DNA of 64,000 nt from Eledone cirrhosa (GCA_964016885.1 OZ024744.1:89156001-89220000); one strand, 5' to 3'. Numbered from the stretch's first letter, positions 36,801-49,983 are shown. Numbers and translations are program-made. Notes: generated by a model from the letters alone, not told the origin.

Positions 36801-38830
36801 CACCACCATCACTACCACCACAACCACCACCGCCACCCCTACCACCATCACCACCACCACCACCACAACCACGACCACAACCACAACCACGGCCACAACC
36901 ATAACTACCACCGCAACCACAACAACCACAACCACAACCACAACCACTGCCACAACCACAACCACAACCACAACATCAACCACAACCACAACTACTACCA
37001 CAACCACAACTACAACCACTACCACAACCACAACCACAACCACTACCACAACCACCACCACAACCACAACCACAACTACAACCACGGCCAGAACCATAAC
37101 CGCCACCTCAACCACAACCACAAGCACTACCACAACCACTACCACAACCACAACTACAACCACAACCATAACCACAGCCACAACCACTACCACCACAACC
37201 ATTACCAGCACAACCACTACCACCACAACCACAGCTACGACCACAACCATTACAACCACAACCACAGCCACAACTACAACCACAACCACAACTAGAGCCA
37301 CAACCACAACCATAACCACAACCACCACAACCACTACCACCACAACCTCTACCACCACCACCACTACCACTACAACTACCACCATCACTACAACAATCAC
37401 CATCATTACCACAAACACCACCACCACCAACACCACTACTACCACCAACACCACCACCAGTACCACCAACACTACCATCACCACTTCCCCCAACAACACT
37501 ACCACCACCACTACCACTACTACCTACACCACCACCACAACCACTACCTCCACTACCAACACCACCAACACCACCACCACTACCACTACTACGAGCACCA
37601 CCAACACCACCACCACTACCACTACTATGAGCACCACCACTAACACCACCACCACTGCCACCGCTAACACCACCACCACTACTACCACCACCACTACCAC
37701 AACCACTACCACCACCACAAGCACCAGGACCGCCACTACTACCATCACCACCACCACCACAACAACAACAACCACCACTACAACCACCAACACCACCACT
37801 ACTACCATCACCACCACAACCACCACCACAGCTACCTCTACCACCACCACTACCACCACCACCATCACAACCACCACGACTACCACCACGACCTCCACCA
37901 CAACCACCACCACAACCACTACCTCCACTACCAACACCACCAACACCACCACCACTACCACTACTACGAGCACCACCACTAACACCACAACCACTGCCAC
38001 AACCACAGCCACAACCACAACCACAACTACAACCACTACCACAACCACCACCACAGCCACAACTACAACCACGGCCACAACGATAACCACCACCTCAACC
38101 ACCACCTCAACCACAACCACAAGCACTACCACAACCTCTACCACAACCACCACCACCACAACCATTACCACCACAACCACAGCCACAACCACAACCACAA
38201 CCACAACCAGCACAACCACTATCACCATAACCACTACCACCACCACCACCACTACTACACCTACTACCATCACTACCACAATCACCATCATTACCACAAA
38301 CACCACCACCAACACCACTACTACCACCACCACTACCACCACAACCACCACCAGTACCACCAACACTACCATCACCACTTCCCCCAACAACACTACCACC
38401 ACCACTACCACTACTACCTACACCACCACCACCACCACCACCACCACTACCTCCCTAACCAACACGACCAACCCTACCACCACAACCACTACTCCGAGCA
38501 CCACCACTAACAACACCATCACTGCCACCGCTAACACCACCACCACACCACCACCACTACCACCACCACCACCACTACCACCACCACCACTACCACCACC
38601 ACATCCATCACCACCACCACCACCACTTCCACTACTACCACGACCACTACTACTACTACCACCATCACCACCACCACCACCACTTCCACTACCACCACCA
38701 CCACCACCACTACTACTACCACCATCACCACCACCACCACCACTACCACCACCACATCCATCACCACCACCACCACCACCACCACTACCACCACCACATC
38801 CATCACCACCACCACCACCACCACCACCAC
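33820..38830. repeat. 5-kb (ACC/ACA/ACT)n complex trinucleotide tract with higher-order repeats; poly-Thr reading on plus
   Basis: Landmark ACTTCCCC(C)AACAACACTACCACCACCACTACCACTACTACCTAC recurs near 34950, 36140, 37480, 38375. Confidence 0.9.
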
Positions 38831-38904
38831 ACACAAAGTTGTGTATCCGTTTCTAACAAATCAGAACTCCATTCTAGTTTTATAATGAAATAATTTTTTA
38901 TACT

Positions 38905-39495
38905 TTCTACTTTAGTCACACGGCCAGCAATTTGTAGGGAGGGGAAAATCGATTAAATCGATACCAGAGCATTACTGGTACTGTGTTTTATCGACCACGT
39001 AAGGAAGAAAGGCAAAGCTAACCTCGGCGGGATTTGAACTCGGAACATAAAGGGCCGTAATTCTCTGCCGTGAAGCATGGTGTCTGACGCCCTACCGATA
39101 TTGCCAATCTACCGCCATAAAATAATTGTTTCTACTTTTGGCTCAAGGCCAGCAATCACCCAGTGCATTACTGGTACTTTATTTTATCGACCCCCGTAAG
39201 GATGAAAGGCAAAGTTAACCTCGGCGGGATTTGGACTCAGAACATAAAGGGACGTAACCTTTTTTCCTGAGTTCAAATCCCGCCGAGGTTAACTTTGCAA
39301 TAAGATAATTGTTTCTACTTTAGGTACAAGGACAGCAATTACTCCTGTGTATAACTGGTACTTTATTTTATCGACTCCGTAAGGATGAGAGGCAAAGTTA
39401 ACCTCGGCGGATTTGAACCCAGAACGTAAAGGGCCATAACTCCATGCTGAAAAGCATGGTGTCTGACGCTCTACCGATACTGCCAATCCACCACC
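38905..39495 (-). mobile_element. Three main-family SINE copies, one with a short inverted piece (39268-39298)
   Basis: Family motifs; inverted B-box segment. Confidence 0.85.
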
Positions 39496-40007
39496 TTTTG
39501 CCATAAAATAATGCTTGGATATTCGTCTATTATTTCAAGTAGCTGGTGCGTAACTTTGTACTCGTGTTTGTAACTTCCTTTCCATAGTTACACTATTTTG
39601 TTTTTTTTGTTTTTTTTTAATAGCAGACAACATACAACCGAGCGATAAAACCAAACATATATGACAGAGATAAATGGACAACCACAAACTACAGTTGAAA
39701 CAAAGAGGAAACTTCGATCAAAATGCTATAAATAGCAGCCAAATCACCATCAAATTATACCTTATCGTCTTTTGAAAAATCCTGAAAGACAAACTGGATA
39801 ATATATATTATGTTTGAGAAATATGGGATAATGGTAGGTCTGATGGAGCAAGAACTGACTTGGTAAATGGTTCCACACACGAAAACTATTTCTTTGTTGT
39901 TTAGCCAAAAGTCAATCTTTATCGAAAAGACCTATGATGACCAAAGTAAGTTTCACAGTGCCCATCTGATGTTTTTCTTTTCTTTAAGCATAAGCATTAT
40001 TTAGATC

Positions 40008-41510
40008 TAGAGAGTCGGACGCCATGCAAAGCAGCATAGAGTTACGGCCATTTACGGTCTGGGTTCAAATCCCACCGAGGTTAACTTTGTCTTTCATCCT
40101 TACGGGTTCGATAAAATAAAGTACCAGTAATGCACTGGATAATTTCTGGTCTTGTGCCAAAAGTAGAAACAATTTATTTAGATCCACATTATATATGTCC
40201 TTCGATTATTTCAGCCACGAGAGAGAATCGTTTGTTCGTAAAAATTAAATATTTTTGTATCGATACACTCTAGATATAAACCTTTAATTGAAAAGTTAAC
40301 TGACGTTAGTTTTTAATTTGTTGTTAATATTACATAATACAACCTTGTCTGATGTCTATATATTTATAAACCACATTTTAAACCATACATTAGTAAAAAC
40401 AACTTAATAGAGAAAGAAAAAATAGATCGAGAAGAAAGGATGGAATGTGATATAAGAAAATATAAAAACGGAAAAAGAAAGGAAAGACAAGGGCTCGAGT
40501 GTCACAGAAAAATGGGGACCGGGTTATTTTAATTGATATATAAGAGAATAAAGTAGTTTTCTATAGTTGTAATTTGAATAGAGTTTGCTTAGCATCTTTG
40601 ATAATTGTTTCTACTTTTGGCACAAGGCCAGCAATTATCCAGTGCGTGACTGGTACTTTATTTTATCGACCCCGTATGGATGAAAGGCAAAGTTAACCTC
40701 GGCGGGATTTGAACTCAGAATGGCAAAGGCCGTAACTCTATGCGTCAAAACATGGCGTCCGACCTTCTACTGATACTGCCATCTTTGATAATGTAGATTT
40801 AAGGTGTTTCTAATTCATTACAGGAACAGAGGACTAGAGTGAAATACTTTGGTGAGACATCTGCTGGAAAATGTCATATTGATGTAATTGCTAACATGCT
40901 TGATGTAATACAGACCTGTCAATTCTCCCTGTCCGATGGGGAGATCTCCCACCCACTTTAGGATGAGTGAGAGATGTCTTCTCTTGTGAAAATGGGTATA
41001 GCTTTCATTATGTAACATAAGGGCGGTGGATTGGCAATATCGGTAGAGGATCGGACGCCATGCTTCGACGCATAGAGTTACGGCCCTTGCCATTCTGAGT
41101 TCAAATCCCGCTGAGGTTAACTTTGCCTTTCATCCTTACGGGGTCGATAAAATAAAGTACCAGTAATGCACTGGGTAATTGCTGGCCTTGTGCCAAAAGT
41201 AGAAACAATTATGTAACATGTCCCCATTTACCTCATTTCTCCCTGTTTTGGGGTACTTTTTTTCATGGTACTCCCCGTTTGGGATTTTAGGAGTTGGCAG
41301 GTCTGTTAATGAGACAAGATTATTGTTTCTACTTTTGGCACAAGGCCAGCAATTACCCAGTATATTACTGGTACTGATATATTACTGATATTTTATCGAC
41401 CCCGTAAGGATGAAAGGCAAAGTTAAACTCGGCGGGGTCTGAACTCAGACCGTAAAGGGACGTAACTATGCTGGTGTCCAACCCTCTACCGATACTGCCA
41501 ATTCACCCTA
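40008..41510. mobile_element. Four main-family SINE copies (40008-40175 +, 40600-40782 -, 41021-41210 +, 41320-41510 -)
   Basis: Family motifs; TSDs CATCTTTGATAAT, TTATGTAACAT, TTAATGAGACAAGAT. Confidence 0.85.
40911..41305. mobile_element. MITE with nested SINE
   Basis: TIRs CAGACCTGTCAA / TTGGCAGGTCTG; TSD not resolved. Confidence 0.65.
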
Positions 41511-42217
41511 TTTAATGAGACAAGATAATGATTACTAATTAGACCAGCAAATTGGGTGGATGAACAAAGTTGATTAAACCAAACTTAATACTTATTTTAT
41601 TGAACCCTGAAAAACGAAAGTCAAAATCAACCTCGGCTTGATTTGAACTAGGAAGTATATGTAATACATACGACAACAAATATGGATGTTCTACCTATTC
41701 TGCCAATCTACCAAGATATTGATAGAAATTACGGTAGAGAGGGTATAACAACATTAAATATAGTTATGGTATGAGTCTGCTCTTTAGCAGTTGGCTAACA
41801 ACTGAGTATGTTTCGGTCTCATCACACCTTATCAGTGGATTATTATAATTTCAGCTTATAGAATGACTAGATGATTATATAAAGTTTTCGTGAATGAATG
41901 ATCAATTAAAGAACCAAAGAGCACCTAGTTTTTATTTTAAAAAAAAACATAAAAAGAGAAACACAAAATGGTGTTGGTATCACTAGCATAATTCAATTCG
42001 CATTAGAAAAGGCATTCTAGGAATAAACATCGAATCCAATATTTGACAGGTATTTAATTTTACCTAATATGAACTTAGAACACCTCAAAGAATTTTTTTT
42101 TTTCTGACACTCACATTTTCGACAGCCCACTACCTTCACAATGAAGATTAGACATGTGTTAAATGTATATACATAATTATTATAAGCACACTAAATCACA
42201 GTATGAGTATTATGCTA

Positions 42218-42297
<80 letters not shown>

Positions 42298-42409
42298 CCC
42301 GTGTTTAATCGGGTGTAACCACACCAAGTAAGGTACTCATTACATAGTAGAGTATATACAATATTTAATATAGAAATCACTTCTTCAGGACTATGTATGT
42401 ATGTATGTA

Positions 42410-43190
42410 TGTTCTTCTGGTTTTATAATTTCACAAATTTGTTTCCCAATAGAGTGAGAGTCGGTTTCTAACATAGACACAAGACTCTCTCATTGGAATT
42501 TACATGAAATATAATGATACATCTCCTTTGTATATATTTCTTTAAGTAAGAAATATATTTCACCTATTAATCCGTAAATCACAGCAGTTAAATTCTTGGA
42601 TGTTCACCAAAGGAGAAGAAAAATAACCATCTGTGTTTACAAAGCAAATGCAAATCTGTGAATGATTCGAACCACGTATTGCATTTTTTTTTAAATACAC
42701 TCGTTGAACAACGTCATCCCAGTGGCGTGAAGAGGACCATCGACAGCCAAAAATAGCAGCCGAGCCTATTCAACTTAAAATTAAGGGTTGTCATGTCTGA
42801 GAGACATGCACCATATCCACCGTAGAATAAGCTCAAAGATTAGATCCGAGCATTACATATCAACTAGAAATAGATTGACATATATATATATAAAATAAAT
42901 ACATGAAACAATCACAGGGAATAATTTGTAAAGAATGTAAGCACACATAGCTAGGTAGGTGACTAATTAAAGTTTGACTAGAACTTCAAATATAGATACC
43001 TTTTAAAATGATTAATCTCCTTTGGATATATTTCTTTAAGTAAGAAATATATTTCATCTATTAATCCTATTTCTGGCTGTCGATGGTCTTATTCACGCCA
43101 CTGGGATGACGTTGTTCAACGAGTGTATTTTTTAAAATGCAACACGTGGTTCGAATCATTCACAGATTTGCATTTGCTTTGTAAACACAA
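42410..43190 (-). mobile_element. Non-coding PLE-type element with 5' inversion and partial direct repeat (495-bp period)
   Basis: 43068-43189 is the reverse complement of ~42632-42754; 42521-42572 repeats at 43016-43067. Confidence 0.75.
42522..42616 (-). ncRNA. Type I hammerhead, G3-C8 variant
   Basis: TCTCCTTTG-GTGAACA-T-CC...GG-T-GAAA-TATATTTCTT actta AAGAAATATA-T-A-CAAAGGAGA; 9-bp stem I, 11-bp stem III. Confidence 0.75.
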
Positions 43191-43229
43191 ATATATATAT
43201 ATATTTATAACATGATAAGTATATATATA

Positions 43230-43447
43230 ATCGGCAGCCGATAGACTTTTCGTCCAATCGGACCGATGAAACGATGTTTCCATCGGTCGTTCCAATTGCT
43301 AATACTATCTCTCGGTCGCAACTCCAGGTAGAACGAGCGACGTGAAATAATGCGTCTTGCCCAAGGACATAACGCATCACTCGGTTCGGGAATCGAACTC
43401 ACAGCCTCAAGATTGCAAACACAATTCTCTAACCACTCAGCCACACG
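43230..43447 (-). mobile_element. Third tRNA-derived SINE family (sister copy 51520-51733)
   Basis: GTGTGGCTGAGTGGTTAG A box, GAGTTCGATTCC B box, shared CTACCTGGAGTTGCGACCGAGAGATAGTATTAGC body. Confidence 0.85.
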
Positions 43448-43638
43448 GTTTTACCAATATGCATACATATACACGTACATAAACATACAGTACATACATA
43501 CACAAATGCGAGCAAACACGCATACACCCACACATATATAAACATAAGCGTACATACAAACACAGAACTCACAAACATAGTGTACACTATCACACGAACA
43601 AACACATACATACACACATACACAATAGTGCACGCGTG

Positions 43639-43753
<115 letters not shown>

Positions 43754-44101
43754 GTGCGTGTGTGTGTGTGTGTGTGTGTCAGTGGGTGTATGTCCATGAA
43801 ATGGCATGCAAGAGAAAGAGAGAAGGCAACATATCGCGTGATGGGAAGGCTGCAGAAGGAAAGAGCCTCACATTGGTTATGAGGGAGGAAAGAAGAAATA
43901 TATTGGAAGAAAAGATGAACAATGATTTGCTCACAATTCCTGATCCTCCATCGGTGGTTCAGTATAGAAACAACCAATGGACGCCGGGCATATATATTTA
44001 TTGTGTGACTGAGATCAGACTATTCTGAATTTCGCAAATTACCGCTGATCGTATATGTTTTGTGTATATGTATATTTATAAATGTGTGTGTGTGTGTATG
44101 T

Positions 44102-44147
<46 letters not shown>

Positions 44148-44164
44148 TAAAATAACAGATTAAA

Positions 44165-44213
44165 TTTTAAGCAAAGAACCGTTGCTTTCACCCTTAACAG
44201 GATCTTCTGAAAC
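44165..44213 (-). ncRNA. Second U4A hammerhead-like motif
   Basis: TTT-CAGAAGA-T-CCT gttaa GGG-T-GAAA-GCAA..TTGC-T-T-AAA. Confidence 0.45.
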
Positions 44214-44313
44214 TAACCTTTGCTAACTATTTGCTCTACGGTTCCTATATATTTGATATATATGTATCCTTATCGAGCCCTCTTTGGATTTTAGTCTTCA
44301 AATTTATTATTAT

Positions 44314-44387
<74 letters not shown>

Positions 44388-44389
<2 letters not shown>

Positions 44390-44905
44390 AAGGCGGGTAA
44401 CATTCCCGAGATCCATGGACGAGTTCTCTCCAGCGGTCTCTGTCCCTCATTATCGCTGCCATATCCTGCATCTCCAACAGACCAGTGTCTGTCCTTAGGG
44501 CATCAACATATGTTAACCTTGGTCTTCCTCTTCTAGTGTGTCCATGTAGGGGCTCCCAAAGGAGCACTGAGTGCAATGTCAACTCTGGATGTCGGTGAGC
44601 ATGTCCAGCCAACCTCAGTCTCCTCTGTGTCACTTTTGAGCTGACTTTTGGGATGCTCCCATACAGCTCTGAGTTTTTCATCCTCAGTGTATACTGATTA
44701 ATGTTCAGAGCCATCCTCAGCATTCTCGTGTAGCACCCATCCACCATCTGAGTGAGTCTCTTGGGCGGCGTGTCACAGCTTGAGATCGGTGTGGAGGTCG
44801 GACCTTCGTAGAGACCTGAAAGTCCGCCTCTTCATTGCTGTAGTGGAGTCTGTGCTGCTGTATGGGTCTGAGACTTGGACACTGACCAAGAGACTCACTC
44901 AGATG

Positions 44906-44908
<3 letters not shown>
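44388..44908 (-). mobile_element. RTE-clade LINE 3' fragment with inverted 5' segment, inserted in (TA)n
   Basis: Minus 44388-44764 encodes ..RRLRLAGH..RRGRPRLTYVD..DRDRWR; plus 44765-44908 encodes the upstream ..ESVLLYGSETWTLTK; 23-bp overlap duplicated. Confidence 0.88.
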
Positions 44909-44973
<65 letters not shown>

Positions 44974-45011
44974 ATTAAATAAATGGAAAACTATATTTAT
45001 AAAACCATATT

Positions 45012-45077
45012 TATTTCATTATATATATTTCGGGGATATCATATTAACAATATGCTATGCCTTCATCAGACAAAATA
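45012..45077 (-). ncRNA. Hammerhead in the inverted pseudo-LTR
   Basis: Reverse complement of 48364-48429. Confidence 0.78.
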
Positions 45078-45226
45078 CAATATAAACAGTTTTATAGATA
45101 AATATATTCGACATACCGTAATAAACATCAACTTCATTTGAAGAGGTTTACGCTAGCAGTGAAAATACAGAGAGAAAGAAAGAGAGAAAGAAAAGAGCAG
45201 ATAGAGATAGCAATTTTGACATAACT

Positions 45227-46477
45227 ATGGGATCTTCCGACTCAGCTCAGGTAACTGACCTTGTGGGCTTATTTTTAATCAATTCGCTACATAGGAAAAT
45301 ACCTGGTACTACCGGAGGTTTATATAGGGATGACATGCTTTTACTTATTAATAATAATAACCCTGAACTAAATAGAAAATGTAAACAAATTACAAATTTT
45401 TTTAATTACTTTAACCTTAAAATAGAAATTGAGAACAACCATAGAATAGTCAATTTCCTAGATATAACATTAAATCTCAACACATGTCTCCACTATCCTT
45501 TTCACAAGTTGAATGAAAACTTAAACTATGTCAACTTTAACTCTAACCACCCCAGATCTGTCAAAAACACTATAGTAAACTCAGTCCAAAAACGTATCTC
45601 TAGGATCTCGTTGAATAGAAAGATTTTTGACGAAAAGGCCCAATACTATAATGATGCACTAGCTAGGGCAGGGTATGATGATAAGATTGTGTACATAGAT
45701 AATGATAGACAAACTAAACAAAGTAACAACTTTTTTAATTACGGCAACAACATTAACAACTATAATAGTAAGCATTACAATAATTCCAAAGGACAAAAAA
45801 GAAATAGAACTAGGAACATAATTTGGTTTGCCCCCCCTTTCTCACTAAACATTAAAACCCACATCGCTAAATTATTTTTCAAAGCTCTTGATAATCGCTT
45901 CCCTAGAACACATAGGTATCACTCAATCTTCAATAGGCATACAATTAAATTAACCTACTCATCCACCAAAAATTTAGCACAAAATATTAATAGAATAAAT
46001 AATAGGAACTTAAAACCTACTGATAATAGCATAAATAATATACAAGTTAACAAATGTAACTGTAGAGATAGATCTAAATGTCCGTTAAATAACAACTGCT
46101 TAGTTAAAAATATAGTATACAATTGTAATGTTAATACTGACTCTAATTCTTTTAACTACGTCGGTTCCACATCGACGGAATTTAAACTTCGCTATAATAA
46201 CCACAAGAATTCTTTCACAGATCCAAATAAAAATTCTTCAACGGCACTATCAGGGGTACTCTGGCAACTTAAGCTAGATAACGTTAGATATTCGACGGCT
46301 TGGAATATAGTCTCAAGAGGGATTCCTTTTAATTCATCCTCTGAGACATGTGACCTCTGCGCAGAGGAGATATTCTTTATACTAAAATCTAAAAATTCCC
46401 TTAACCTACGGACAAATTTATTCAGTTGTTGCAAACATAGATTAAACTCAACGTTTAAATATAAATTTAAAATGTAG
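45227..46477 (+). CDS. PLE reverse transcriptase C-half plus GIY-YIG endonuclease (YRDD type, probably Naiad-like), 5'-truncated
   Basis: (FDIT)MGSSDSAQVTDLVG, GLYRDD, NFLDITL, SNHP, CNCR..CPL..CL, NIVY..YVGST..FKLRYNNH, CDLC..E..LN.R..CKH. Confidence 0.92.
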   Translation: MGSSDSAQVTDLVGLFLINSLHRKIPGTTGGLYRDDMLLLINNNNPELNRKCKQITNFFNYFNLKIEIENNHRIVNFLDITLNLNTCLHYPFHKLNENLNYVNFNSNHPRSVKNTIVNSVQKRISRISLNRKIFDEKAQYYNDALARAGYDDKIVYIDNDRQTKQSNNFFNYGNNINNYNSKHYNNSKGQKRNRTRNIIWFAPPFSLNIKTHIAKLFFKALDNRFPRTHRYHSIFNRHTIKLTYSSTKNLAQNINRINNRNLKPTDNSINNIQVNKCNCRDRSKCPLNNNCLVKNIVYNCNVNTDSNSFNYVGSTSTEFKLRYNNHKNSFTDPNKNSSTALSGVLWQLKLDNVRYSTAWNIVSRGIPFNSSSETCDLCAEEIFFILKSKNSLNLRTNLFSCCKHRLNSTFKYKFKM

Positions 46478-46854
46478 TATATTTAGTTTGATTTATATTT
46501 ATATGAGAGCTAGCCGATAAATCTTTTGATTCCTAAATCTTTGATTCCCTCTTTTTACTCTTTTTACTCTTTTTATTTTATTTTATTTATTTTTATTTTT
46601 ATCTAAACATTCCTCATGAAAAATTAAGCTACCCTAAAAGCCGATGCTCCAAATTTTTTGAATTAACCTTACACTAGATAAACTTCTATATTAAATATAG
46701 GAACATATGTAGACATTATTGGACATCATAATCTTTTTGCGATATTCTTTGCTAGATGTGATTTGATAGATAATTTTTGGCTTTGTCTTGTAATGAACTT
46801 GGCAATATATTGTCAATTAACTTTGAAGGGTTGTTCTTTGTGGTTTATTTTTAC

Positions 46855-47321
46855 TTTTATTTTCATTTTTATTTTTATTTTTATTTTTATTTTTATTTTT
46901 ATTTTTATTTTTATTTTTATTTTTATTTTTATTTTTATTTTTATTTTTATTTTTATTTTTATTTTTATTTTTATTTTTAATTTTATTTTTATTTTTATTT
47001 TTATTTTTATTTTTATTTTTATTTTTATTTTTATTTTTATTTTTATTTTTATTTTTATTTTTATTTTTATTTTTATTTTTATTTTTATTTTTATTTTTAT
47101 TTTTATTTTTATTTTTATTTTTATTTTTATTTTTATTTTTATTTTTATTTTTATTTTTATTTTTATTTTTATTTTTATTTTTATTTTTATTTTTATTTTT
47201 ATTTTTATTTTTATTTTTATTTTTATTTTTATTTTTATTTTTATTTTTATTTTTATTTTTATTTTTATTTTTATTTTTATTTTTATTTTTATTTTTATTT
47301 TTATTTTTATTTTTATTTTTA
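46855..47321. repeat. (TTTTTA)n hexanucleotide expansion within the PLE 3' UTR
   Basis: Directly visible. Confidence 0.97.
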
Positions 47322-47969
47322 TTCTTTTAGTATTGTAGTATTCTATAATATTTTTATTTTATTTTTAATATTTTTATATGTATATTTTTAATACGTAATA
47401 TTTTTTAATACGTAGTATTTTTAATATGCAATATTATTTTTATTATGTAATATTCTTTCGTAATATTTTTTTATTTTTTTAGTTTTCTATTCTATATTTT
47501 TATATATTTTTACTTATTATTATTATTATTGTTATCTTTGTTTATAATATAATATATATTTTCGATTAGTATATTGAAATCTGCTCTCTATTTCTGCTTG
47601 ATAGATAATCTTGTAGAGTAATCGCAAGAATAATAATACGCTCAAATTTTTATACCACATTGAGAATGTTTTCCGGTAACCTAGAGTTTGCGGAGTGAAT
47701 CAGTTGGATTCACATTGATGTTTGTAGCTGTCACATAAACATATGAATTTTTTAAAACTAAACATAAGATAATGAATTTTCACACATTGTGAATACTTGT
47801 TTCATTCAGGAATACTGATATTTACAATATAGTGTAAGTTTTATAAATATTAATACATTAAAACATAGGGTTTTCTACGCCTCGAATATGTCTGGCTATT
47901 TTTAAATTTTTTCTCTCTCTATATCTCTCTATATCTCTCTATATATCTCCCTTACATTAATACTTGAGC

Positions 47970-48000
<31 letters not shown>

Positions 48001-48363
48001 ATGTATCATTGATACACTTACTCAAAATGACCTCCCACTACCTAATTTTCTATATATATATATGTATCTATCTCTATTTCCTCTCTCTATATATATATGT
48101 ATCTCTTTCTGTCTCTTTACATGAAGCTCTTCGCTTTATCTATTTTTCAATCTCTCTATTTTGTTCCATGCATTTCTTCTTTTTCTTTTTCTTCTTTTTC
48201 TTCCTTTTCTTCGTTTTGTCTTTCTTTCTTTCTTTTTTTTTCCCTCTTTTCTTTCTCTCTTTCTTTCTCTCTGTATTTTCACTGCTAGCGTAAACCTCTT
48301 CAAATGAAGTTGATGTTTATTACGGTATGTCGAATATATTTATCTATAAAACTGTTTATATTG

Positions 48364-48429
48364 TATTTTGTCTGATGAAGGCATAGCATATTGTTAATAT
48401 GATATCCCCGAAATATATATAATGAAATA
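48364..48429 (+). ncRNA. Minimal type I hammerhead in the PLE 3' pseudo-LTR
   Basis: TATTTTGT-CTGATGA-A-GG..CATATT gtt AATATG..CC-C-GAAA-TATATAT-A-ATGAAATA. Confidence 0.8.
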
Positions 48430-48557
48430 AATATGGTTTTATAAATATAGTTTTCCATTTATTTAATATTGTAAATATACTCCAAATATTTGTCGAGTGC
48501 TTTTATATCAGTTATAAATATTTACTAGTTGTAACCCAACAATTTTAAATATAACTT

Positions 48558-48613
<56 letters not shown>

Positions 48614-48849
48614 AGCGAGGATCGCATTTCAACGGGTAGAAATTAGCGAAACGCAACTTCAATAATGTGCAGACAAGCGCTCCATACATATGAGAAGGAT
48701 AGCAGAACTATAAACATAAGTTAAAATGGTCATACGCACTGAAGTGTGTGTGTGTTATGTATTTCCGTAGAAAAGGTAAAGGAAAGAAGCGTGCTCTATG
48801 TATAAATATTAATTTCGAATCTTATTCTCATATCCAAAAATATAAATAT

Positions 48850-48894
48850 TTCATCTGAAGAGCGAACTGGACGTGAAATATTTGGTAATGGAAT
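48850..48894 (+). ncRNA. Compact minimal hammerhead in a TA-flanked element (~48610-49018)
   Basis: TTTCAT-CTGAAGA-GCG aactgga CGT-GAAA-T atttg G-T-A-ATGGAA. Confidence 0.65.
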
Positions 48895-49013
48895 AATTAT
48901 ATTGTGTTGTTTATTATGTAAATAATATTTGCTCTATGGTTCTTATATATTTGATATATATATTTATCCTTATCGAGCCCTCTTTGGATTTTAGTCTTCA
49001 AATTTATTATTAT

Positions 49014-49070
<57 letters not shown>

Positions 49071-49291
49071 CATATATATATATATACATATACATATATA
49101 TGTATACGTGTATATATATACACATACATACCCAAACATATACATATACACACACAGATATATAGATATACACACACACACACACATATATAACTATATA
49201 TGTGTGTACACATAGATGTATAGTTAAAGAAATAACACAAACACAGACATGCAAAAACACAATGACTTCTCAATATCACGCTTAAGAGAAA

Positions 49292-49350
<59 letters not shown>

Positions 49351-49983
49351 ATATATATAAATGTAATCTGAGTTTTTCGAATATTAATAATAACATTCGA
49401 TTCGTTTGCAATTATGCAAACAAGCTCAATTTTATAGGCATGTCAGTAGAATGAACACTTCATTCTTGCTCTTGTGTTGGCATGTGAACAGAACTGCAGA
49501 CACTAATGTTTCTGGGTATCACCCTTCATCAGTACAGCTCACTGTTCATCTGCCAAACTCTCAGAGCTAGTGAAAATATATGTTATTTTCAAAAATGCAC
49601 AGTGGCTGATCGGCCTGATTTGCATATTATCAGACTGGCTGACCAGCCAGATCAGCTTATTAGCAGATCCACTGATCAGCCAGATTTGCATATCAGCAGA
49701 CTTGTCAATCAGTTTCCTGTATACGAGCGATAAATGGCCGGCTTTGCCAAATTCAAATAAAAAAGGAAATTCCGCTCTACATGGCTGAATACAATAAATG
49801 TAATCTGAGTTTTTCGAATATTAATAATTGTTTCTACTTTAGGCACAAGGCCAGCAAATACCCAGTGTATTACTGGTACTTTATTAAGCTTAAACATTTT
49901 ATAACTGATATAAAGCACTCAACATTGTTGGAGTAAATATTCAATATATTAATAAATGAAAACTATATTTATAAAAGCATAAT

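Larger units (their letters stand above)
44968..48562 (+). mobile_element. 5'-truncated Penelope-like element with inverted pseudo-LTR, inserted in (TA)n
   Basis: 44968-45197 is the reverse complement of ~48244-48473; RT/GIY-YIG ORF; ~2-kb 3' UTR with HHR. Confidence 0.92.

Noticed and set aside
33761-38836. Poly-Val and Gly/Cys ORFs on minus
   Set aside because: Antisense or alternate frames of the trinucleotide tract
41795-41838. Minus-strand CTGATAA-GGT..ACC-GAAAC
   Set aside because: Uncompensated G8A and no stem I; degenerate
46763-47338. Poly-(FI) ORF
   Set aside because: Translation of (TTTTTA)n
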